From: Spirochaetia bacterium
GTDB taxonomy: Bacteria; Spirochaetota; Spirochaetia; WTKD01; G963693115
Assembly (NCBI GenBank): GCA_965226065.1
Contig: OZ245332.1
Location: 1,316,774 to 1,380,773, forward strand
Direction: 5' to 3'
DNA: 64,000 nucleotides
Part shown: positions 17,671-26,924 of the stretch, piece by piece
How positions within the stretch are numbered: position 1 is the first letter of the stretch
Layout: each line of letters opens with the position of its first letter
The notes under the pieces: generated by a model
Told to the model about the DNA's origin: nothing
What the model saw: only the letters and a program-made list of their open reading frames with translations
Databases searched by the model: none
Program-made: the position numbers and the translations under genes

Positions 17671-18654
17671 ATGAATAAACCTAGTAAAGAAACTAAATTT
17701 AAAACGGTTATTGAGAAAAATACATTCTATTTTTATAACAGGATGTTTGAAGAAAAATATGAAGGATATTTAAATTCTCTAAAAGAAACTTTAGTGATTC
17801 TAAAATATAAAATAGAGACCGATGGATTAAGCAAAGAATTATTTGAAAATCTACTTAGGGAAAAAGAACATGGTTTGAGAGCGTTATTAGCATTAACCGG
17901 TCTTTCTAATGAAACATTAAAAAGGCTAACAACCATAATTCGCATTAAAAATGATAATGAACTAGATAAATTGGTTTATAAAGATAAATGGTATAAAGAT
18001 GAAGATATAGAAAACTTAAAAGAATGGAGCGATTCTAAGATTGATAAGTTAATAAAATCTAATAAATATTTTAGGAAAGGCATTATCAATATATTTTTTG
18101 AAGGTTCAACCGTACCTTTTTTAGCTGAAACCATGCCTTTGTTTGAGTTAAAGAAACTAAGTATTTCTAAATTAATATTTGAAATACCTGAAATGATAGA
18201 TACTCTTATAAGGTATAAAGAAAAAGGCAGTTATTCTAGTAAAAAAGAAAATAACCCAGAAATATTGTTAGAAAGTTTACTTGATAATTTACATATTACT
18301 TTTGAAAAGGGTGATTTAAATGAACTTATAAGTAATTTTCCTGAAAGCAAAAGAACGATGGATTTTATTATCCCCAGTAAACAAAATCCACTTATTATTA
18401 TAGAAAGCTCTTTCTTAGCAACTACTTCTTCTGGGCAAGGTGATAAATCAAAAACGGAAATTTCAATTGATAGTCTTATAAAAGCATACTACCCAAACGC
18501 AAAATTCATTGGCTTTGTCGATGGAGTTGGTTGGTATGTTCGGAAAGAAGATTTACGAAGAATGGTTTCTGCTTATGAAGATGTATTTACATTTCATGCA
18601 GAAGAATTAAAAAGATTTAAGAAATTGCTTATTGAGGTTTTTTCTGGAAAATAA
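17671..18654 (+). CDS. Type II restriction endonuclease, DpnII-family-like PD-(D/E)xK
   Basis: MDFIIP...IIIESSFLATTSSGQGDK and FIGFVDGVGW; adjacent to an MTase. ATG at 17671 (ORF track uses TTG 17644). Confidence 0.7.
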   Translation: MNKPSKETKFKTVIEKNTFYFYNRMFEEKYEGYLNSLKETLVILKYKIETDGLSKELFENLLREKEHGLRALLALTGLSNETLKRLTTIIRIKNDNELDKLVYKDKWYKDEDIENLKEWSDSKIDKLIKSNKYFRKGIINIFFEGSTVPFLAETMPLFELKKLSISKLIFEIPEMIDTLIRYKEKGSYSSKKENNPEILLESLLDNLHITFEKGDLNELISNFPESKRTMDFIIPSKQNPLIIIESSFLATTSSGQGDKSKTEISIDSLIKAYYPNAKFIGFVDGVGWYVRKEDLRRMVSAYEDVFTFHAEELKRFKKLLIEVFSGK

Positions 18655-18659
18655 TTTTT

Positions 18660-19589
18660 ATGTTAGAAAGTTATTTGAACAAAATTATTCAAGGGGACTG
18701 TTTACAATTATTAAAAGGCATTCCAAATAATTCTATAGATATTACATTTGCAGACCCACCTTTTAATTTAAAGAAGAAATATAATGGATATAAAGATAGT
18801 TTAGAATTTATAGAATATATTAATTGGTGTGAAGAATGGATAAAAGAAATGATTAGAATAACCAAACCTACGGGTTCTATCTTTTTACATAATATACCTA
18901 AATGGTTAACTTTTTATGTTGGTATACTGAACAAATACGCTTATTTCAAGCATTGGATCGCATGGAACGCTCCGAGTTCTCCTATGGGCAAAAGTTTACA
19001 ACCAAATCATTATGGCATTTTGTTCTATACCAAAGAAAGTAACAACACAAAGATTTATGAATTGAGAATGCCACATGAAAGGGATAGAAAAACCACATTT
19101 CTAAGAAAAGATTACGGCGGCAAGAAAGGGGGATTGCATCCGTTTGGCCCTTTGCTTTCCGATGTATGGTCGGATATACATAGAATCAAACATACCAAAT
19201 ATAGAAATGCCCATCCTTGCCAACTACCAGTTCATTTATTAGAAAGGATAATATTATTGACAACAGACCAACATGATATAGTTTTAGACCCTTTTATTGG
19301 CACTGGTACAACAGCGGTAGCAGCCAAAAAGTTAAATAGAAAGTTTATTGGTTTTGACTTAGTTCAAGAATATATAAAAGTAGCTCAAGAAAATTTAGCT
19401 GCGGTACAACCAAATTCAAAGATTGATGATGTATGGGTAAGTTTCTATTTAGACGAGGTGAAAACCATAAGAGATAAAGACTGGGATATACTATCAAAAG
19501 ATTTTGAAATACCAAGTAACGTAAAAGAAATTGACTTTAAAAAGATCAAACTTAAAAGTGTTTTCCAAAACTCTAGGAAATGTTTCTAG
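18660..19589 (+). CDS. Beta-class N4/N6 DNA methyltransferase of the type II system
   Basis: IIQGDCL, FADPPFN, HPCQLP and DPFIGTGTT. Confidence 0.9.
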   Translation: MLESYLNKIIQGDCLQLLKGIPNNSIDITFADPPFNLKKKYNGYKDSLEFIEYINWCEEWIKEMIRITKPTGSIFLHNIPKWLTFYVGILNKYAYFKHWIAWNAPSSPMGKSLQPNHYGILFYTKESNNTKIYELRMPHERDRKTTFLRKDYGGKKGGLHPFGPLLSDVWSDIHRIKHTKYRNAHPCQLPVHLLERIILLTTDQHDIVLDPFIGTGTTAVAAKKLNRKFIGFDLVQEYIKVAQENLAAVQPNSKIDDVWVSFYLDEVKTIRDKDWDILSKDFEIPSNVKEIDFKKIKLKSVFQNSRKCF

Positions 19590-19629
19590 AAACTCTTAGT
19601 ATGTCCGACATGAATCTTATCTTTTTGCC

Positions 19630-19740
19630 ATGCTTGATAACAACCAAATGTACGTGCCTGTAATCGAGATTACAGATACGAACTATAATATAAAGAAAGA
19701 AGACCAAGCGATGACGAAAGAGTTTCATGGGGGTAAATAA
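19630..19740 (+). pseudogene. 3' remnant of a third type III mod gene (36 aa)
   Basis: MLDNNQMYVPVIEITDTNYNIKKEDQAMTKEFHGGK* versus the Mod C-terminus MLDNNQMYVPVSEMADAKYDISETDQEMTKRFYGKE*; DNA similarity is obvious. Confidence 0.9.
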
Positions 19741-19862
19741 AGAAAATATATAATATTGATTGACTTTATGGAAAGGCAATCGTGTATCGCCGCAGTAATA
19801 GAAAAACATTTTTGTTACATAGACAGTGACCTATTTACAAAACATTGAAAGAGATCGTATGA

Positions 19863-21161
19863 ATGATAATTATGAGTGAAGAAATACCTTTTATACCATA
19901 TGAAGAAGTTCTAAAAAGGTTAGAGAACACAAACGATGAGAATAATTTATTATTAGGCAATGGTTTTAATACTAGCTTAGGAGTAGGTACGAGCTATGAA
20001 GATATTTTTGAAAAGATGAAAGAAGAGTATATAGGATATAAAAAATTAGAAGAAAAATTCAAAGAGAAAAAACAAGATATTGAAGAATTAATAGGAGTAT
20101 TAACTGAAAGTATTTCTGATAATAAAGAATTTCTTTCTTCATATATAAATAACAAAGTCAAATTAGACTTTATGAAAGCAGCAAATATTATTATACAAAG
20201 CAAAATTAAGAATATATATAATAACAAAAATGAAGGAATATACATTTTGTTTAGTAAATTTATGAATTATTTCACTCTTAACTATGACCCATTTTTATAC
20301 TTATTATTGATGAAGTTTAAATTACCTCTAATTGAAACTATAAAAGAAAATAATTCACAGATGAATACATTAGGATTTATAGAAACTATAAATAGTCAGT
20401 ATGCTTCTTTGACAGAAAATCAACAAAAGTTATGCGAAATTATAAAAAAAGCACGAGATGAGGGTAAAATAACAGTTAGTGTAAATGAAAGAACTGCTGA
20501 CGTTTCACTAAAAAATACTACTAAGACAAAGTTCCTAAGTGCTATGAAAGATTTTCTTAAGAATAATGACTTTCCTTATAAAAACAAAGATATTGATAAA
20601 GTTATCAATCATATTTTGGTAGAAGAACAAAATGAGAAAGAACAAAAACAACTAAGAATAATAGATGGCTTTATATCTAATAAAGAAAAAGAATGTGTAT
20701 ATCGTAGTTTAGAGAGTCAAAATGTGTTCTTTTTACATGGTGCATTTCATATAAAAATAGCAAAAGATAAAACATATAAAATAACACAGACATCAGAAAA
20801 AGCTTTGTATACAAAAATTGAAGAAGCTATTAATAAAGAAGAAAAAATTATTTGTGTTTTTAAAGATAACAACAAACTAGATGAAATTAATAAGAATGAC
20901 TATTTGAAGACAGGATATAACTATTTGAAGACAGGATATGAAAAGCTTTCTACACTTCGAGGTTCTCTTGTGATTATAGGTTGTTCTCTATCTGAAAACG
21001 ATGAACATATTTTTAAGCAAATTGAAGCGAGTGCTATAGATACTATATACATATCAAGCATGGCTGATAAAGAGAAACAGGATCTTATAAGACAAGATTA
21101 TGAGAAGGCAAAAAAATACTTTACAAAAGAAGTAGTTCTTTTTGCTCCAATGAGTATTTAA
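19863..21161 (+). CDS. DUF4917-like SIR2-fold protein
   Basis: LLLGNGF, FTLNYD, FLHGAFH and IIGCSLSENDEHI; contains a 21-bp in-frame duplication at 20900-20939 (YLKTGYN/YLKTGYE). Confidence 0.75.
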   Translation: MIIMSEEIPFIPYEEVLKRLENTNDENNLLLGNGFNTSLGVGTSYEDIFEKMKEEYIGYKKLEEKFKEKKQDIEELIGVLTESISDNKEFLSSYINNKVKLDFMKAANIIIQSKIKNIYNNKNEGIYILFSKFMNYFTLNYDPFLYLLLMKFKLPLIETIKENNSQMNTLGFIETINSQYASLTENQQKLCEIIKKARDEGKITVSVNERTADVSLKNTTKTKFLSAMKDFLKNNDFPYKNKDIDKVINHILVEEQNEKEQKQLRIIDGFISNKEKECVYRSLESQNVFFLHGAFHIKIAKDKTYKITQTSEKALYTKIEEAINKEEKIICVFKDNNKLDEINKNDYLKTGYNYLKTGYEKLSTLRGSLVIIGCSLSENDEHIFKQIEASAIDTIYISSMADKEKQDLIRQDYEKAKKYFTKEVVLFAPMSI

Positions 21162-21193
21162 TATAAGAAAACAAAAGAACCACAAGTTATACG

Positions 21194-23886
21194 ATGAAAG
21201 AATACAGCATACCCATAATCAATGTTGCCGAACAGGCATGGGAATATGGCATTAACAAAGTCGAAATTCCTGCATATATTACAAGCAATTTGAAGCATGA
21301 TTTCTACGAGTGGCAAAGTGAGGCATAGTAAAATTTCTCACACAGCAACGCATCAAAGAAAAAGAGAATTCACATGCACCGCATCTTATGTTTACGATGG
21401 CAACAGGTTCGGGTAAAACGCTCATCATGGCAGCTACCATGTTGTATTATTACAAGCAAGGTTACAGGCACTTTTTGTTTTTTGTAAATCGAAACAATAT
21501 TGTAGCTAAAACTGAAAATAATTTTATTAATGTAGAGCATCCGAAATATCTTTTTACCGAAAAAATTGTCATCAATGATTCAACAATTGCTATGACACAA
21601 GTAGAGACTTTTAGCGATGCTCCACAAGGTATAGAAATAAAATTTACGAGTATTCAAAAACTCTACAATGATATTCACATTGAAAAAGAAAACCTTACAA
21701 CATTAAATGATTTACACAATAAAGACATTATCATGCTCGCCGATGAAGCTCATCACTTAAATACTGATACGAAAGCTGGAGCATCAGAACTGTTTTTAGA
21801 AGAGATACACGAAAGAACAAGCGCAACAGAAGTAGAAAGAAAAGGCTGGGAACACACGGTTATAGATCTTATTTTACATAAGAACAACACAGACAAGCGC
21901 AATAAAAATGTGTTGCTTGAATTTACTGCAACCATCCCTAATACTGAAAGCGTTGCTAAAAAATATCAAGATAAAATAATATACAAGTTTGGATTAAAAG
22001 ATTTCTTAGCTAAGGGATACACAAAAGAAATTAATCTTATTTCTTCTACCCTTGATAAAAAAGAAAGAGTTCTGCAAGCGTTGCTTTTTCAATGGTATCG
22101 ACACAAAATAGCGTTGAAATATAACATTGCCAATTTCAAACCCGTGATACTTTTTAGAAGTAAAACCATTGCTGAGTCGCAAGAGGATTACAAAGACTTC
22201 TTACAATGGATAGATGATCTTTCACGCAATGATTTTAATTTTCTTGACACTATTGCAAATAAAATTTATGAAGCGCAGCAACCAACACTTTTTGAAATGG
22301 GAAAATCGCGTACTAAAAAGGTCTTAGAGTTTGTTAAGAACGAAAACATTCGTATTGTAGACATAATAAATTGGATACAAGACAGCTATCAGGAAAGAAA
22401 CACTATTATTACGAATTCGAAAAACAATAAAACAAAGAAAGAAAAAACAGACGCTACTACAGAAACATTGCTTAATAATTTGGAAGATGTTAATAATCAC
22501 ATACGAGCAATTTTTACCGTAGAGAGACTTACCGAAGGTTGGGATGTATTGAATCTCTTTGATATTGTGCGACTGTACAAGGGGCAAAATGCAGGAGGCG
22601 GTACGAAAAAAACACCAGAGGCGACTATCAAAGAGAAACAACTTATAGGGCGTGGTGTGCGCTATTTTCCCTTTTCGCACGATGAGACAGTAAAGAATAA
22701 AAGAAAGTTTGATAGCAACCTCGACCATGAGTTACGAGTATTAGAAGAACTATATTATTACACCCATGATGAAAATTCACGCTATATTTCTCATTTGAAG
22801 GCAGAGCTAAAAAAAGACGGGTATATAACAGACGATAAAATCGTACAGACCTTTGCGCTTAAAGAGAAATTTAAGAATAGCTTGTATTATGAAACAACGA
22901 AACTATGGTATAACACACAAGTAGATAATCCTAATAGAAAAAAGAAACCATTAGATGAAATATTAAAAAATATGTCCATCACGTACGCATTAACAGGTTT
23001 TGAATTGCATGAAGAAAAAGGGATTGGGGATGACAAAGATAAAGAAACACATATAAATGGAAGTCCATCAAAAACTATACCAGTACCATGCAAAGATATT
23101 GAAAGACATATTTTCTTAAAGGCGGTGCATATCAAAGCAAAGCAAGAAAGATCTTTCTTTCAGTTTGAACAGCTAGAACAAGAATTAGATATTCATAGTA
23201 TTGATGAATTGCAAACGAATATATTAGCGGATAGTGAAATTCACTTTATTGTAGAGAAAGAAATGTCTTATGACAAGGTACCGAATAGAGAAAAATTAGA
23301 GGCAGTAAAACAGCTTTTAGATATGTTTTCTACAGAATGTAAAAAATATAGTATTCCAAAAATTGGTAGTGAATTTAAGGCAGGTAGTTTTTCACAGTTT
23401 TTTTCCACGCCTAAAACAAAAATCATAAACGAAAACCATAGAGATGATGCCATCGCAGAGCATAACTGGTATGTATTAAATAGCTTTGTTGGTACAAGCG
23501 AAGAAAAAGAGCTTGTTAATTTTATTAAAAACAGCGTTGGAAATTTACAAGAAAAGTATCAGGATATATATTTTCTAAAGAACGAAGAAATATATAAAAT
23601 ATACGACTTTGAACAAGGCAGAGGTTTTCAACCCGATTTTCTTTTGTTTTTGAAAGATAAAGAACAATTAGGCTTGTATTATCAAATATTTATTGAACCG
23701 AAAGGAGGGCATTTGTTGGGACATGATGAGTGGAAAGAAAATTTCTTAAAACGAATAGCAGCAGACTATGGAGATGCTCGCATATTACGTGCAGAGCATT
23801 TTTCCTACAAGCTCATAGGATTACCCTTTTTTAGCACTGGCGATAATGCGAATTTTGAACAAGAGTATAAGAAACTTTATTCGTAA
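21194..23886 (+). pseudogene. res: Type III R-M restriction subunit (Res) with a frameshift at about 21325
   Basis: Frame from 21194 gives ...EIPAYITSNLKHDFYEWQSEA*; the other frame continues IVKFL...MATGSGKT, DEAHH, EGWD, QLIGRGVR, PDF...EPKG. One base is missing (gca-ata-gta read as gca-tag-ta). Confidence 0.85.
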
Positions 23887-23947
23887 AGACTATTAAGATA
23901 CCTACTTTTGTGTACAGAAACGCTGTACGCATATGATAGTATAGAGC
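23871..23947 (+). repeat. 77-bp direct repeat, copy 1 (res 3' end plus downstream leader)
   Basis: Matches 26847-26923 at 75 of 77 positions. Confidence 0.95.
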
Positions 23948-23985
23948 CTATCTTCCTTATAATAAGCAGAGAGAGGAATTTTAAT

Positions 23986-25047
23986 ATGGCAAAAAAAATT
24001 GAAGCAATTGATTTATTTTGTGGGATAGGTGGACTTACCTATGGATTACAACAAGCTAATATTAAAGTTTTGGCGGGACTAGACAATGATGCTTCTTGTA
24101 AAGAAGCCTATGAAAAAAATAATCATTGTCAATTCATTGAAGCAGATGTAACAAAATATGATTTTGAAAAGATGAAAAACATATATTCCAATGATAGTAT
24201 TAAAATTTTAGTTGGATGTGCCCCCTGTCAACTTTTCTCATCTCACGCATTTAAAATAAAAAATAAAGAAGATGATACTAGATGGAACTTATTAAACTAT
24301 TTTTTAAAGGCACTTAGAATCGTTGAACCTCACGTTATTTCAATGGAAAATGTTAGAGGTATATTAAAAACTAGAGTTTTTGAAACATTTATCAAAAAAA
24401 TTGAAAATCTTGGATATAAATTTGATTATAAAGTAGTTTATTGTCCTGATTATGGCATACCTCAAAATAGAAGTAGGCTTGTTTTGCTCGGTTCAAAATT
24501 GGGAGAAATACAGATTATAGATAAAAAGTACAAACGAGAAAATTATGTAACTGTAGGTGATGTTATTAGGAATCTACCAAAACTAGAATTGGGAAAAATC
24601 GATAAAAAAGATACTATGCATAGATGTAAGAATTTATCACCATTAAATATAAAGAGAATACAACAATCCTTACCTCGCGGTACATGGAAAGACTGGGATA
24701 GAGATTTATTACCAAATTGTTATAAAAAGAGAAGTGGACAAACCTATACTTCTGTGTATGGAAGAATGAGTTGGGATACTGTTGCTCCAACAATTACTAC
24801 ACAATTTTTTAATTATGGTTCTGGTCGATTTGGTCATCCAGAACAAAATAGAGGGCTTTCACTTCGAGAGGGAGCGTTAATACAAACATTTCCTATAGAT
24901 TATTATTTTGGAGAAATTATTTCAATGACAACAATTGGTAGACATATAGGTAATGCTGTACCACCAAAGTTAGGAGCCGTTATAGGTGAAATTATTCAAA
25001 ACCATATAAAATATCACTATGGAAAAGGAAAAACATACTCAAACTGA
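23986..25047 (+). CDS. C5-cytosine DNA methyltransferase
   Basis: DLFCGIGG, GCAPCQ, MENV, QNRSR, LSLREGALIQTFP and IGNAVPP; ATG at 23986 after gagagga. Confidence 0.95.
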   Translation: MAKKIEAIDLFCGIGGLTYGLQQANIKVLAGLDNDASCKEAYEKNNHCQFIEADVTKYDFEKMKNIYSNDSIKILVGCAPCQLFSSHAFKIKNKEDDTRWNLLNYFLKALRIVEPHVISMENVRGILKTRVFETFIKKIENLGYKFDYKVVYCPDYGIPQNRSRLVLLGSKLGEIQIIDKKYKRENYVTVGDVIRNLPKLELGKIDKKDTMHRCKNLSPLNIKRIQQSLPRGTWKDWDRDLLPNCYKKRSGQTYTSVYGRMSWDTVAPTITTQFFNYGSGRFGHPEQNRGLSLREGALIQTFPIDYYFGEIISMTTIGRHIGNAVPPKLGAVIGEIIQNHIKYHYGKGKTYSN

Positions 25048-26668
25048 CTTCCATTTTAATATCTCACTCAGTGTGTTAAATCATCTAGGAAGAAATCTAT
25101 ATAGAAATTTTATAACTGTTCTTGGAGAAGCTATATCAAATTCATGGGATGCCGATGCAGAAAATGTTTGGATTGATATTGATAGAGACAAGCAGTCTTT
25201 TTCTATTAAAGATGATGGTATAGGAATGTCAAATGATGATTTTCAGAATAAATTTTTAAAGATAGGGTACTCAAAAAGAAAAGATGGTACTCAATCAACT
25301 AAAGAAGGCCGTCCTTTTATCGGACGAAAAGGTATAGGGAAATTAGCTCTTCTATCTTGTTCACAAAAAATAAGTATTGTTTCAAAACAAGAAGATGCTT
25401 ATACAGGTGGTGTTATTGACAATACAGAGTTAGATAAAGCAATTGAAGATGACTTAGAGTCACGCGAATATTCGCTTGGAAAAATAGACCAAGAAACATA
25501 CCAAAAACAAATACATAGCAGCAGTGGAACTATTATTTCTTTTGAAAATTTAAATGATGGAATAAGAAATACTTTAGAGACTTTGGAAAAAACTATTGCA
25601 TTGTATTTTAGATTCTCTTTATTAGATGAGAATTTTAAAATTCATTTTAATGGAAAAGAAATTACTGTAGACAACTTAGAAGACCTTACATCAAAAACAG
25701 AATTTTTATGGATACTCAATAAGCACAAAGACCCTCTTATGGATAAATTTTCTCAAAAAAAAGAAGTAAAAAAAATGAATCCAACTACTTCTATAAAAGG
25801 GTTTATTGCATCAGTAGAAAAACCTAGCGATTTAACAATATACGGTATGAAAGAACGTGTTAGCATTGATTTATTTGTCAATGGTAGATTAAGAGAACGA
25901 GATATATTAAAACATGTTCCTAAATCTCGCATTGTAGAAAATTATCTTTATGGGCAAATTCATTTTGATGAATTAGAAAATCAGGATAAAGATATTTTTG
26001 CCACCAATCGCGAAGGTATTCTTGCTGATGATCCAAAATACCAAGAATTTTTAGAACAATTTAAGAAAGAGTTTCTAAATCCTATTATAGATCAATGGGA
26101 TAGATTTAGATTGAAACACCGCCAAGATGGAGATCCAGAGAATAAGAGTATGTCGAAAGAAGAAAGGAAGGCTGACGAACTACTTAATATAGAATCTAAA
26201 GAATATAAAGGTGAATTTGTTAATCATAACATAGAAGAATTGCGTAATGATGGTAGATATAATATTGCATCTTATACACAATGCTTTTTAGCTGAAAATT
26301 TATTAAGAAAATTTATAGAAAAACATAATTTGTTAGAAAATATTCCTAAGAAGATACAAGAAAATATTAAAAAATATAAAAGGATTGAAGATGAAAACAA
26401 ACAAAAAGGTAACATAAGTATCCCAATACGTGTTGATAATAATATGTCCTATTTATCAATGGATGAATTAGCATATATTATAGATCAAAAAAATGATATG
26501 GCAAAATCTTCCCTCAATTGGGATGCTAAAAAGTATAAACCTATACGAGATGCTATTGCTCATACTGCATGGTTAACTAAAGAGGCAAAAGACGAATTCA
26601 AAACTATTTATGACAATATCAAAGGTAGAGTAGACAAATTATCGGAAGAGAACAACAACAAGAAATAA
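25019..26668 (+). CDS. GHKL/MORC-like ATPase with a putative C-terminal Swt1-like HEPN domain
   Basis: EAISNSWDA, DDGIGM and GRKGIGKLA (GHKL); C-terminal ENLLRKFI...YLSMDEL..II...RDAIAH (R-x4-H). Confidence 0.8.
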   Translation: MEKEKHTQTDFHFNISLSVLNHLGRNLYRNFITVLGEAISNSWDADAENVWIDIDRDKQSFSIKDDGIGMSNDDFQNKFLKIGYSKRKDGTQSTKEGRPFIGRKGIGKLALLSCSQKISIVSKQEDAYTGGVIDNTELDKAIEDDLESREYSLGKIDQETYQKQIHSSSGTIISFENLNDGIRNTLETLEKTIALYFRFSLLDENFKIHFNGKEITVDNLEDLTSKTEFLWILNKHKDPLMDKFSQKKEVKKMNPTTSIKGFIASVEKPSDLTIYGMKERVSIDLFVNGRLRERDILKHVPKSRIVENYLYGQIHFDELENQDKDIFATNREGILADDPKYQEFLEQFKKEFLNPIIDQWDRFRLKHRQDGDPENKSMSKEERKADELLNIESKEYKGEFVNHNIEELRNDGRYNIASYTQCFLAENLLRKFIEKHNLLENIPKKIQENIKKYKRIEDENKQKGNISIPIRVDNNMSYLSMDELAYIIDQKNDMAKSSLNWDAKKYKPIRDAIAHTAWLTKEAKDEFKTIYDNIKGRVDKLSEENNNKK

Positions 26669-26670
26669 AC

Positions 26671-26862
26671 ATGTCACAGCATAATAAAATACATCTCTAC
26701 CTACAATCAATGTGCGCGGAAAAGGCATTTGAATATGGCACGGCATTAGCAAAACTGAAAATAATTTTCTTAACGCAGAGCATCCGAAATATTTTTTTAC
26801 CGAAAAAATTGTCATCAATGATGCAACGCTTGCCATCACACCAGTAGAAACTTTATTCGTAA
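26671..26862 (+). pseudogene. Collapsed remnant of a second res gene
   Basis: Three fused pieces: AEKAFEYG (res AEQAWEYG), AKTENNFLNAEHPKYFFTEKIVINDATLAITPVET (res AKTENNFINVEHPKYLFTEKIVINDSTIAMTQVET), and the last codons of res. Confidence 0.9.
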
Positions 26863-26923
26863 AGACTATTAAAACACCTACTTTTGTGTACAGAAACGCT
26901 GTACGCATATGATAGTATAGAGC
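26847..26923 (+). repeat. 77-bp direct repeat, copy 2 (leader of the sugar-binding lipoprotein gene)
   Basis: Matches 23871-23947 at offset 2976. Confidence 0.95.
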
Positions 26924-26924
26924 T

